This document shows positions 22,822 through 32,333 of a stretch of 53,711 nucleotides of DNA, piece by piece. The notes under the pieces were generated by a model. That model was given only the letters and a program-made list of their open reading frames with translations. It ran no database searches and was not told where the DNA came from. A program made the position numbers and the translations under genes. Source of the DNA: a virus (lineage: Duplodnaviria > Heunggongvirae > Uroviricota > Caudoviricetes); the IMG/VR virus record IMGVR_UViG_3300037488_000489, positions 1 to 53,711 of that record; one strand, written 5' to 3'. The first letter of the stretch is position 1. Each line of letters begins with the position of its first letter.

Positions 22822-22850
22822 TTGAAATTAAATAATTTTAGCTATTTTTG
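22822..22850 (+). promoter_or_regulatory. Bacteroidota-type promoter for the tail fibre genes, TTGAAATT-N13-TATTTTTG
   Basis: -7 box TATTTTTG at 22843-22850; spacing slightly short. Confidence 0.55.
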
Positions 22851-22855
22851 TACCT

Positions 22856-22889
22856 ATAGGCACAAGCTATTTCAAAGCTATGTGCCTAT
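22856..22889 (+). promoter_or_regulatory. Hairpin in the leader of the tail fibre genes
   Basis: ATAGGCACA-AGCT / AGCT-A-TGTGCCTAT, 13-bp stem with a 1-nt bulge, followed by TTGT. Confidence 0.5.
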
Positions 22890-22926
22890 TTGTATATCAA
22901 TAGATTACACATAATACAACTTTACT

Positions 22927-25900
22927 ATGAACGTTACATGTTCTGCAACTCCTTGCCCAGTCATACTTAACAGCACCTGCGTATTTTACGAGGGTGCTAA
23001 TCTTGTTTATACAGGTATCAACACTAATGATTCCATTCAGACAGCTTTACAAAAAATTGATGAAGCTATTGGTAATGGAGGAGGTGGTGGAACCACTGGA
23101 ACCTCAGGTACTTCTGGTACCTCAGGATCAAATGGTTCATCTGGAACTAGCGGTGCTTCTGGATCTTCTGGAACATCTGGTGCTTCTGGATCTTCAGGTG
23201 TAAGTGGTAGCTCAGGGACTTCAGGTTCATCTGGAACACGTGGTACATCTGGTTCAAGTGGAACTAGTGGTGTAAACGGTGCTGCTGGTACATCTGGAAC
23301 TTCTGGTGCATCTGGTTCAAGTGGAACAAGTGGAACAAGTGGAGCTGCTGGATCAAGTGGAACAACTGGTACAAGTGGTACATCTGGTTCACGTGGTACT
23401 TCTGGTACGTCAGGTGTTAATGGAACAAATGGAACAAGTGGTGTGAATGGCTCAGCAGGTTCTTCAGGAACTGCTGGAAGCTCAGGCACATCAGGTATAA
23501 ATGGTACAAGTGGAACTGACGGTACAAGTGGAACAAGTGGTTCATCTGCAACAAGCGGAACCTCTGGAACAAGTGGAACGTCTGGTATAAATGGTACATC
23601 AGGATCTTCAGGAACTACAGGAACTAGTGGCACATCTGGTGTTAATGGAACTAGTGGAACTTCTGGAGAAAGTGGAACATCTGGAACAAGCGGAACTTCA
23701 GGTGAAAATGGTACATCAGGAACAACTGGTAGTGATGGAACAAGCGGAACGTCTGGAACTTCTGCAACAAGTGGTACATCAGGAACAAGTGGATCTACAG
23801 GTACAAGCGGTTCTTCAGGAACAACAGGTACATCAGGGTCTTCTGGCACTGCTGGAACAAGTGGTGTTGATGGAACATCTGGTACTTCAGGATCTGACGG
23901 TACTAGTGGAACTACTGGAACCTCAGGAACTACTGGAACCTCAGGTACTTCAGGGGAAACAGGAACTAGTGGTACTTCAGGAACATCTGCAACAAGTGGA
24001 TCTTCTGGAACTAGTGGGTCTTCTGGAATAGATGGAACAAATGGTACTAGTGGCACTACAGGTACAAGTGGTAGTTCAGGTACATCAGGAAGTGATGGTA
24101 GTAACGGAACATCTGGAACTACAGGAACAAGTGGTACAAGTGGTGAATCAGGATCAAGTGGTACAACAGGTACTTCTGGATCAAGTGGTACAAGTGGTAC
24201 AGACGGTAGTCATGGAACATCAGGATCTACAGGAACTTCAGGTTCATCTGGAATAGATGGTACTAGTGGAACAAGCGGTACTTCTGGAGCACAAGGTGAT
24301 ACATATAGAACAACATCTACTGATAGCTTTACATTAGGTAACTCTGGTACATTAACAGTTGATACAGGTTTAGCATACTCAGTGGCTCAATCAATAATTG
24401 TGGTTTATGATGCTAATAACTTCCAAGAGTGTGAGGTTACTGCTTATAATCCAGCAACAGGTCAATTAAGTTTTGGTGCCCCTTTTAGAACAGTGGGTTC
24501 AGGCACATATACAAGTTGGATAGTAAACCTTGATGGTGCATCAGGTGGTGATGGTAGCTCAGGTACTAGTGGAACATCTGGAATAGATGGTTCTTCTGGC
24601 ACTTCAGGTACTACTGGTACTTCTGGAACTTCTGGTACTGATGGCTCATCAGGCACTACTGGGACTTCAGGCACAAGTGGCACGTCAGGATCTAGTGGAA
24701 CAACTGGAACTAGTGGTTCTAGTGGAACTTCTGGAACTTCTGGTATTGATGGTACAAATGGTACAAGTGGTACAAGTGGAAGCACTGGTACTTCAGGAAC
24801 AAGTGGTACATCAGGTTCTAGTGGTATTGATGGCACTTCAGGGACTTCAGGCTCAAGTGGTACTTCTGGTACAGACGGAACATCAGGAACTGATGGAACA
24901 TCTGGTACTGACGGTACTTCTGGAATAGATGGAACTTCAGGAACAAGTGGAGTTGACGGAACTAGTGGTACAGACGGTACAAGTGGTACAGATGGTACAT
25001 CAGGAATTGATGGAACTTCTGGCACTTCTGGTTCATCTGGTACTAGTGGAACAACAGGTACAAGTGGAACTTCAGCAACTAGTGGCACCTCAGGAACTTC
25101 TGGTTCTTCAGGAACTACTGGCACCTCAGGTACAAGTGGAACTTCTGGTTCATCAGGTACGTCAGGTGTGGATGGTACATCAGGCTCTAGTGGAACAGCT
25201 GGTACTTCAGGAACTTCTGGTATAGACGGTACATCAGGATCTAGTGGTACATCTGGAACATCTGGCACTTCTGGAACAAGTGGTGTAGATGGAACTAGTG
25301 GAACCTCAGGAACATCAGGAACTAGTGGCACAAGTGGAACTAGCGGTACGTCTGGTACTAGTGGTACAACAGGTACATCTGGTAGCTCTACATTATTATA
25401 TGGTACAAGTTCTAATACAATTACACTTCCTCCTGCAGAAGCTACAACTACAAGCACAACTACAACAGCTGCTCCTGTAGCATATGTAATTGATAATGCA
25501 GCTACAGGTACTTCTGGAGAAGCTTGTGTTGGTTCAACTACAACAAGTACTGTTTATGCTTTACCTGGATATACTGTTCCTATGGTAGGAATGATTTTTT
25601 ATAATAGCCCAAGTTTAACAACACCGTTTGTTGGTTCAGTGGGATGGAGAAAATTAACTAAAGATGGTACTGATTATGCAGTAGAAGTAGATGTTAATGG
25701 AGAACTTACAAACTATATAACTTGTCCTTCTGAATATCCTGTTACTTTTTATTTAAAGAAAAAGGCAGCAACAACAGAAGGATCTGTTAAAATAATGTAT
25801 AGTGTAAATGCTGGATCAACATGGAATGAATGGATTGAACTTTCAAATAGTTTTGTTACTGTTAATAGTTATTCTGGTAGTAGTGGATTATTCATTACTG

Positions 25901-26103
25901 CTGGTTCTAGTTTATTAATTGGTTTATTAGATGGTTCTTCAAATAATTTAAACTTTGGAAAAATTGTAGGTAATCCACCAACAGATTGGGATTCTTATTG
26001 TGGTATTAGTATACCGTATAATGTTGGCCTTATAACATCAACTACTGATTTATATCTAAATCTAGATGTACAAGGTCCTTCGTTTGCAATATGTGGATTA
26101 TAA
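22927..26103 (+). CDS. Tail fibre protein 1 with Ser/Thr collagen-like (G-T-S)n shaft, 1058 aa
   Basis: Cys-containing N-terminal attachment-like domain; G-X-Y runs at 23089-24300 and 24535-25389 separated by a 78-aa domain; Thr-rich linker; two C-terminal beta domains. Confidence 0.8.
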   Translation: MNVTCSATPCPVILNSTCVFYEGANLVYTGINTNDSIQTALQKIDEAIGNGGGGGTTGTSGTSGTSGSNGSSGTSGASGSSGTSGASGSSGVSGSSGTSGSSGTRGTSGSSGTSGVNGAAGTSGTSGASGSSGTSGTSGAAGSSGTTGTSGTSGSRGTSGTSGVNGTNGTSGVNGSAGSSGTAGSSGTSGINGTSGTDGTSGTSGSSATSGTSGTSGTSGINGTSGSSGTTGTSGTSGVNGTSGTSGESGTSGTSGTSGENGTSGTTGSDGTSGTSGTSATSGTSGTSGSTGTSGSSGTTGTSGSSGTAGTSGVDGTSGTSGSDGTSGTTGTSGTTGTSGTSGETGTSGTSGTSATSGSSGTSGSSGIDGTNGTSGTTGTSGSSGTSGSDGSNGTSGTTGTSGTSGESGSSGTTGTSGSSGTSGTDGSHGTSGSTGTSGSSGIDGTSGTSGTSGAQGDTYRTTSTDSFTLGNSGTLTVDTGLAYSVAQSIIVVYDANNFQECEVTAYNPATGQLSFGAPFRTVGSGTYTSWIVNLDGASGGDGSSGTSGTSGIDGSSGTSGTTGTSGTSGTDGSSGTTGTSGTSGTSGSSGTTGTSGSSGTSGTSGIDGTNGTSGTSGSTGTSGTSGTSGSSGIDGTSGTSGSSGTSGTDGTSGTDGTSGTDGTSGIDGTSGTSGVDGTSGTDGTSGTDGTSGIDGTSGTSGSSGTSGTTGTSGTSATSGTSGTSGSSGTTGTSGTSGTSGSSGTSGVDGTSGSSGTAGTSGTSGIDGTSGSSGTSGTSGTSGTSGVDGTSGTSGTSGTSGTSGTSGTSGTSGTTGTSGSSTLLYGTSSNTITLPPAEATTTSTTTTAAPVAYVIDNAATGTSGEACVGSTTTSTVYALPGYTVPMVGMIFYNSPSLTTPFVGSVGWRKLTKDGTDYAVEVDVNGELTNYITCPSEYPVTFYLKKKAATTEGSVKIMYSVNAGSTWNEWIELSNSFVTVNSYSGSSGLFITAGSSLLIGLLDGSSNNLNFGKIVGNPPTDWDSYCGISIPYNVGLITSTTDLYLNLDVQGPSFAICGL
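23089..25389 (+). repeat. 9-bp (GGN ACN TCN/AGY) coding tandem repeats, collagen-like G-X-Y
   Basis: Strict Gly at every third residue; synonymous codons are scrambled; interrupted at 24301-24534. Confidence 0.95.
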
Positions 26104-26133
26104 AAATAAAATAAAAATATAAAATCAATATAA

Positions 26134-29100
26134 ATGGCTTATTCTAACATAACAATAACTACTCAAACAGGTCTATCTTTTATCACTGGACAATTTATCC
26201 AGCTAATAGCAGATAGTACTGACTATATTTTTGGTCAGGTAGTTTCTTACAATCCTGCTACAGGAGAGTTGGTTTTTACACCAACCAAATCTGTAGGTAG
26301 TGGTAGTTATAACCTTTGGGAAGTAATTGCTTCTGGTTCTCCTGGTGATGATGGTACATCTGGTACTTCAGGTATTAGTGGTAGTGGTGGAACAGGTGGT
26401 ACTTCTGGTACTTCTGGCACCTCTGGTATTGATGGAACAAATGGAACATCTGGCTCATCTGGTACAAGTGGTATAGATGGCACAAGTGGAACTAGTGCAG
26501 TTGATGGTACCTCAGGTACAAGTGGGACAGCAGGAACTGGTGGAACTAGTGGTACTTCAGGCACCACTGGTACTAGTGGTATTGATGGAACAAGTGGAAC
26601 TGATGGTAGTAATGGTACTTCTGGTACTAGCGGCACTTCAGGACAAACAGGTGATCAATTTGCAACAACTTCTACTACATCATTTACATTAGGTACTAAT
26701 GGAGCCATTGTTGTAGGAACACAACTTGCCTATACAGTAGCTCAATCTATTGTAATAGCTTATGATATAAACAACTTCCAAGAATGTGAAGTGGTATCTT
26801 ATAACCCAGCTACTGGGGGATTGATATTTGGCTCTCCAACTAGAACAGTTGGTAGTGGTACATATACAAGCTGGATTGTTAACTTAGACGGTGCTTCTGG
26901 AGGAGATGGTTCTTCTGGAACATCTGGCACAACTGGTACATCTGGTACATCTGGGACTAGTGGCTCTTCTGGAACTGCTGGAACAACAGGTACAAGTGGA
27001 TCAAGTGGAACATCTGGAACACACGGAACTAGTGGTACATCTGCAATTGATGGTACTAGCGGAACAAGTGGCACAACTGGAACTAGTGGAACGGCTGGTA
27101 CAAGTGGAACATCCGCTATTGATGGAACATCTGGTACAACTGGAACCTCAGGAACTAGTGGTACAACAGGTACAAGCGGTACATCTGGCACAAGTGGAAC
27201 ATCTGCTACCAATGGTACAGGTGGTACAAGTGGATCAAGTGGATCAAGTGGTACATCAGGAATTGATGGTACCAATGGTACAAGTGGAACTACAGGAACA
27301 AGTGGAACCTCAGGATCTTCTGCAACTAGTGGAACATCTGGTACAACAGGTACATCTGGAACTAGTGGAACAAGCGGCTCTTCAGGAACTGCTGGTACTA
27401 CTGGTACTTCAGGTACTTCTGCAATAGATGGAACAAGTGGTACATCTGGCACTACTGGTACGTCTGGTAGTGGTGGTACATCAGGTACTTCTGGAACAAC
27501 TGGTATTGATGGTACTAACGGAACTTCTGGTACAACAGGTACTAGTGGTACGTCTGGATCAACAGGTACTTCTGGCACTAGTGGAACTACTGGTGTAGAT
27601 GGAACAAGTGGTACAACTGGAACAAGTGGATCTTCAGGTACAAGTGCTACTGATGGTACAAGTGGAACTTCAGGTACTACTGGAACTTCAGGCAGTTCAG
27701 GATCTACTGGTACCAGTGGTACATCAGGTACTACAGGAACAAGTGGTACTTCTGCAACTGACGGAACTAGTGGAACTAGTGGCACATCAGGTAGCTCAGG
27801 TACAACTGGTACCTCTGGTACATCAGCCACAAGTGGTACAAGTGGAACTAGTGGTTCTACAGGAACTAGTGGTTCATCAGGAACTACAGGAACAAGTGGG
27901 TCTAGTGGAACTGCTGGTACAACTGGTACATCTGGTACTTCAGGTATCAATGGTATAGCTGGTGGTCAAGTGTATTGGATGAATTTATCTAGTGACACAT
28001 CATCTGCTTTTGGTTCTCCTACATATAAGAAACTTTCTTATGATCCTTCTGGTGGTGCACAACAAACTACAACAGTAAGTGTTGCAGCTAATGCAACTGC
28101 TACAATAGCAACCTTTGCTACAGACTCAAATGTTCCTAACTTGACAAGTATACCTGGTGGTAACTGGGGATTCACAGGTCACTTTTTAACAAATAGTGCT
28201 AATGCAGCTTGGAATATTTATTATGAGCTTTGGAAATATACTACAGGTGGCGTTTCTACATTATTAGGTACAACTAATAGTGTATTAGTTACTTTAGATA
28301 ATGTTGTAGTACAACAAATTTATGCTGACTCTTTTATAGCAGCACAATCATTAAACGCAACAGATAGACTTTTTATAAAGGTTATTGCTACTAATACAAG
28401 CAATCAATCACATAATATAATCTTCTACACAGAGGGTACAACCTTTTATTCATACGTACAGACAACTTTCACTTCTCCTTCTGGAACTAGTGGTACAGGT
28501 GGTACATCAGGAACCTCAGGTTCTTCTGGTACAACTGGCACTTCTGGAACCTCTGGAACAAGTGGTAGCTCTGGAACTTCAGGTTCAACTGGTACAAGTG
28601 GTAGCTCTGGAACAACTGGTACATCAGGTTCTTCTGGTTCATCTGGCTCATCTGCAACTTCTGGTACTTCAGGTACCTCAGGTTCAAGTGGTATTGATGG
28701 AACTAGTGGTTCATCAGGTACAACAGGTACATCAGGTAGCTCAGGAACAACTGGAACAAGTGGTACTGCAGGTACTACAGGTACGTCAGGTACATCAGGA
28801 ACCAACGGTACTGGTGGTACGTCAGGTACTACTGGTACATCAGGCTCTTCAGGCTCTTCAGGTACAAATGGTACAGGTGGTACATCTGGTACAAATGGTA
28901 CAGGAGGAACTTCTGGTACAACTGGTACCTCAGGTACAACTGGTACAAGTGGTTCATCTGGTACAACAGGAACAAGTGGAACTAGTGGAATAAACGGTAC
29001 ATCAGGTACAACAGGTACCTCTGGCACCTCTGGTGTTAATGGATCAAATGGTACTTCTGGAACCACAGGAACTAGCGGTTCTTCTGGCACTGCTGGTACG

Positions 29101-31899
29101 TCAGGTATAAATGGTACATCTGGTACCACTGGTACAAGTGGTACTACTGGTACCTCTGGTACCTCTGGAGTAAATGGTTCAAACGGTACCTCTGGTACTA
29201 CAGGAACAAGTGGTACCTCTGGAGCTGCTGGTAGTAATGGTACTTCAGGCTCTTCTGGTGCAGCTGGTAGCAATGGTACTTCTGGATCTAGTGGTATTAA
29301 TGTTGGTTCTAGTGCTGTTATTATTCTTGGAGATGGTGCATTATCTTCTGTAAGATGTGGAGCTGGTAATACAGCAACAGGAAACTGTAGTTCTGTAGTA
29401 GGAGGTCAAAATAATAATGCTACTGGAGAATATTCATTTGTTGGGGGTGGTAATAGCAATGGAGCTTCTGGAACATCTGGAGTGGTAGCTGGTGGTAGCA
29501 ATAACACTGCTAATGGATCCTTTTCAGCAATACTAGGAGGTTCAGGTAATACTGCAATGGGAGCATATTCTGGTATATTTGGATGTAATTTAACAAACAG
29601 TTTATCATGTTCATTCATGGCTAACTGCTTTGTACAACCTAATTTAAGTAATGCTGCAATAGGTGGATGTGCTGTATGTGCAGGACCTAGTGGTGAATTG
29701 ATTGCTTACACAGCTGGTGGTGGTGGAGGTAGTGTAATGGTTGCTGGTAGTGGTGTTTGTTCAATTGTTGGTAATGGATTTAGTAACACAGCAAGCGGAT
29801 ATTGTTCTAGTGCTTTAAGTGGTCTTCAGAATGCTAGTTCTAGCTTTGGATCAGTTATTACTGGTGGTGGATTTAATAGTAACTCTGGAATGTATTCATT
29901 TATTGGAGGAGGTTTCTTTAACTCTGTAATTTCTGGAAGCTGTTCAGTTGTTGCTGGGGGTGGTAACAACTGTGTTTGTTCATCTTATTCAACAATATCT
30001 GGTGGTGTATGTAACAAAATACTTGCAAATACAAACTGTTCTACAATTAGTGGTGGTGCATGTAATATTATTTGTGATAATTCTATTGGTAATTTAATTG
30101 CTGGTGGTAAGTCTAACACTGTTAGTACTTATGCCAACTGTAATGCGATTGGAGGCGGTGAGGCCAACATGATTGGAACAGGTGCAACACATGGTGTAAT
30201 TGGTGGTGGTTCTTTTAATAGCACTGGTAATTACTCAGGCAACAGTACTATATCTGGAGGATTTATGAATAACACTGGTAGTAATGGTACTTCAGGTACT
30301 ATATCTGGAGGAAGCATGAATACTATTAGTGGATATGTAACTGGTGCAACTATAACTGGAGGACAGAGCAATACTGCCTCTGCAAATTTTGCAACTATAT
30401 CTGGATGTAGTATAATAAATTCATTAGCATGTACACACATGGTTAATGAGTTAGCAATCACTTCATTTTCTCCATACGTTGGAATGGGCTGTAGTATAAG
30501 CTTTGATGCATCTGGTAAATTATGTTTAACTGCTGGTGGCGGTGGTGGTTCAAGCATCATGGTTTTAGGAATGGGAGCTGGTTCCACAGAAAGATGTGGT
30601 AACTTTAACACGACAATGGGTAATTGTGCTGCTACTTTAAGTGGTTATTTTAACAACGCTATGGGAGCAACTTCTACAATTGCTGGTGGTGCTAATAATA
30701 ACAATGGTGCAGCTCTTTCATTTATTGGAGGTGGATTTAATAATTTTACTGCTAGTAATTATCCTTTTAATAATACTGGGATGACAATTGGCGGTGGTAA
30801 TAGTAATAAAGTGTGCGTTAGTTATGGAACAATAGGTGGAGGATGGTGTAATACTATTGGAAACGCAGGAAGTTCAGGATATAGCACTATTGGTGGTGGT
30901 AGAAGTAATAATGCAAATGGAGATTTTTCAACAGTTAGTGGTGGATATACTAACACTGCTGGAGCTGAACGTACCTTTATTGGGGGTGGACAGGGCAATG
31001 GAGCATTTGCCCCAGGTGCTGGAGTTTCTAGTGGTTATTATAACAACGCTATGAACTGCCGTGCATATGTTGGTGGTGGTGAGATGAATACTGCTGGTGC
31101 ATGTCATTCTGCTGTTATAGGAGGTACCATGCATAATGCAAATGCTAATTGTTCAGCTATTATAGGAGGTGCTGGTAATAATACTAACAGTGCATATTAT
31201 GGTAGCTTCCCTGGTTATTCATTTGTTGGTGGTGGGCAAACCAATAACAACTGTGGTGGTTGGGGTTTCATTGGAGGTGGTAGTAATAATACTATAGCTG
31301 CAGGTAATATGTTTAGTAGTACTATGAAGTCAGGTATTGTTGCTGGATTTCAAAACTATATAGGTTCAGAAGCGAGTGGTATTCTTGCTGGAACATCTAA
31401 CAACGCAATAGCTGCATCTTCTGCTATTACTGGTGGTTGTTTTAACATGACTATGGGAATAGGAAGCACTGTAAGTGGATGTAGCATAATGTCAATGAAC
31501 TCATTTGTAAACCAGGCTACTTGTTTTGCTGCATCTAATCTAGGTACAGGAGGTGCAATTTGTGCAAACAGTAGTGGAACAATTGTTTTAAGTACATCTG
31601 ATGCTAGATTAAAGTGTTGCATTCAACCTGTTGGATATCAGCTTTGTGATATTAGCAAATTAGTTCCTTCATTCTATGAATTCAATAGTGCTAATAAAGC
31701 TAATGGAGAAGGAAAACAAGTAGGATTCATTGCTCAACAAGTTAAAGACGTAGTACCTGAATCAGTAAAAATGACCTTTAGTGGATACTACTCATTTGAT
31801 TCATCAAAACTAATACCTATTTTAACCAAGGGTGTACAAATTTTGATATCTTGTGTAGATTCATTAACTTTACAATTAGAAGAATTAAAGAATAAATAA
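26134..31899 (+). CDS. Tail fibre protein 2: collagen-like shaft, Cys-rich GGxxN beta-helix heads and C-terminal peptidase S74 intramolecular chaperone, 1921 aa
   Basis: Three G-X-Y segments; GGxxNxAxG repeats; SDARLK...GFIAQQV..VVPESV S74 signature from ~31597; terminal coiled coil. Confidence 0.88.
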   Translation: MAYSNITITTQTGLSFITGQFIQLIADSTDYIFGQVVSYNPATGELVFTPTKSVGSGSYNLWEVIASGSPGDDGTSGTSGISGSGGTGGTSGTSGTSGIDGTNGTSGSSGTSGIDGTSGTSAVDGTSGTSGTAGTGGTSGTSGTTGTSGIDGTSGTDGSNGTSGTSGTSGQTGDQFATTSTTSFTLGTNGAIVVGTQLAYTVAQSIVIAYDINNFQECEVVSYNPATGGLIFGSPTRTVGSGTYTSWIVNLDGASGGDGSSGTSGTTGTSGTSGTSGSSGTAGTTGTSGSSGTSGTHGTSGTSAIDGTSGTSGTTGTSGTAGTSGTSAIDGTSGTTGTSGTSGTTGTSGTSGTSGTSATNGTGGTSGSSGSSGTSGIDGTNGTSGTTGTSGTSGSSATSGTSGTTGTSGTSGTSGSSGTAGTTGTSGTSAIDGTSGTSGTTGTSGSGGTSGTSGTTGIDGTNGTSGTTGTSGTSGSTGTSGTSGTTGVDGTSGTTGTSGSSGTSATDGTSGTSGTTGTSGSSGSTGTSGTSGTTGTSGTSATDGTSGTSGTSGSSGTTGTSGTSATSGTSGTSGSTGTSGSSGTTGTSGSSGTAGTTGTSGTSGINGIAGGQVYWMNLSSDTSSAFGSPTYKKLSYDPSGGAQQTTTVSVAANATATIATFATDSNVPNLTSIPGGNWGFTGHFLTNSANAAWNIYYELWKYTTGGVSTLLGTTNSVLVTLDNVVVQQIYADSFIAAQSLNATDRLFIKVIATNTSNQSHNIIFYTEGTTFYSYVQTTFTSPSGTSGTGGTSGTSGSSGTTGTSGTSGTSGSSGTSGSTGTSGSSGTTGTSGSSGSSGSSATSGTSGTSGSSGIDGTSGSSGTTGTSGSSGTTGTSGTAGTTGTSGTSGTNGTGGTSGTTGTSGSSGSSGTNGTGGTSGTNGTGGTSGTTGTSGTTGTSGSSGTTGTSGTSGINGTSGTTGTSGTSGVNGSNGTSGTTGTSGSSGTAGTSGINGTSGTTGTSGTTGTSGTSGVNGSNGTSGTTGTSGTSGAAGSNGTSGSSGAAGSNGTSGSSGINVGSSAVIILGDGALSSVRCGAGNTATGNCSSVVGGQNNNATGEYSFVGGGNSNGASGTSGVVAGGSNNTANGSFSAILGGSGNTAMGAYSGIFGCNLTNSLSCSFMANCFVQPNLSNAAIGGCAVCAGPSGELIAYTAGGGGGSVMVAGSGVCSIVGNGFSNTASGYCSSALSGLQNASSSFGSVITGGGFNSNSGMYSFIGGGFFNSVISGSCSVVAGGGNNCVCSSYSTISGGVCNKILANTNCSTISGGACNIICDNSIGNLIAGGKSNTVSTYANCNAIGGGEANMIGTGATHGVIGGGSFNSTGNYSGNSTISGGFMNNTGSNGTSGTISGGSMNTISGYVTGATITGGQSNTASANFATISGCSIINSLACTHMVNELAITSFSPYVGMGCSISFDASGKLCLTAGGGGGSSIMVLGMGAGSTERCGNFNTTMGNCAATLSGYFNNAMGATSTIAGGANNNNGAALSFIGGGFNNFTASNYPFNNTGMTIGGGNSNKVCVSYGTIGGGWCNTIGNAGSSGYSTIGGGRSNNANGDFSTVSGGYTNTAGAERTFIGGGQGNGAFAPGAGVSSGYYNNAMNCRAYVGGGEMNTAGACHSAVIGGTMHNANANCSAIIGGAGNNTNSAYYGSFPGYSFVGGGQTNNNCGGWGFIGGGSNNTIAAGNMFSSTMKSGIVAGFQNYIGSEASGILAGTSNNAIAASSAITGGCFNMTMGIGSTVSGCSIMSMNSFVNQATCFAASNLGTGGAICANSSGTIVLSTSDARLKCCIQPVGYQLCDISKLVPSFYEFNSANKANGEGKQVGFIAQQVKDVVPESVKMTFSGYYSFDSSKLIPILTKGVQILISCVDSLTLQLEELKNK
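26335..29301 (+). repeat. Collagen-like G-T/S-S/T coding repeats in fibre 2
   Basis: Segments ~26335-26655, 26890-27966 and 28483-29301, separated by globular domains. Confidence 0.95.
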
Positions 31900-31928
31900 T
31901 TTAAAAAACAAAAATAAAAAATAAAGTT

Positions 31929-32273
31929 ATGTTAGTAGCTAAAATTAGTCCAAGTGCATCTTTCTCTCAAAAAGATGAGAACCCATTCAGTTCTGCAACA
32001 GTTGCATCATTTGATCACTTAGGAGTGATTGGTGTAAACTATATTCCAGGAAATGAAAATCATGAGTTTGTAGTTGTTTATGGCAACATCAAAAATGTAA
32101 ATGATGTAGATTATTTACAGAGAGCTCCTCAACGTACACAACTTGTGTTAACTGCTGCAGAAGTAGCTAACTGGGGTACAAATGACGAAGAGTTATTTGA
32201 AATTGTTGCAGCTAAATTAGGAACATCTGTAGTGGAGTTCAAAGAAGTTAGCAATAACCTTAATGTATTGTAA
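31929..32273 (+). CDS. Hypothetical protein, possibly tail-fibre associated, 114 aa
   Basis: ORF after an A-rich leader, last gene before the terminator. Confidence 0.7.
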   Translation: MLVAKISPSASFSQKDENPFSSATVASFDHLGVIGVNYIPGNENHEFVVVYGNIKNVNDVDYLQRAPQRTQLVLTAAEVANWGTNDEELFEIVAAKLGTSVVEFKEVSNNLNVL

Positions 32274-32295
32274 TATTGATTTAAGGTGAAGTAAT

Positions 32296-32327
32296 AAAAA
32301 AAGCCCAGTTAATTCTGGGCTTTTTTG
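32296..32327. terminator. Bidirectional rho-independent terminator
   Basis: AAAAAAA-GCCCAG-TTAATT-CTGGGC-TTTTTT between convergent genes. Confidence 0.9.
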
Positions 32328-32333
32328 TTTTTA

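Noticed and set aside
22994-29273. Long antisense (PEVP/PLVP-rich) and off-frame (Leu/Val/Gln-rich) ORFs over the fibre genes
   Set aside because: These are shadows of the GGN-ACN-TCN codon repeat, which lacks stops in other frames. They have no independent start context and no plausible composition.
23089-29301. Possible CRISPR array or DGR-type repeats
   Set aside because: The repeats are 9-bp, in-frame and codon-degenerate with no unique spacers. No cas genes, reverse transcriptase or adenine-specific TR/VR pair are visible.
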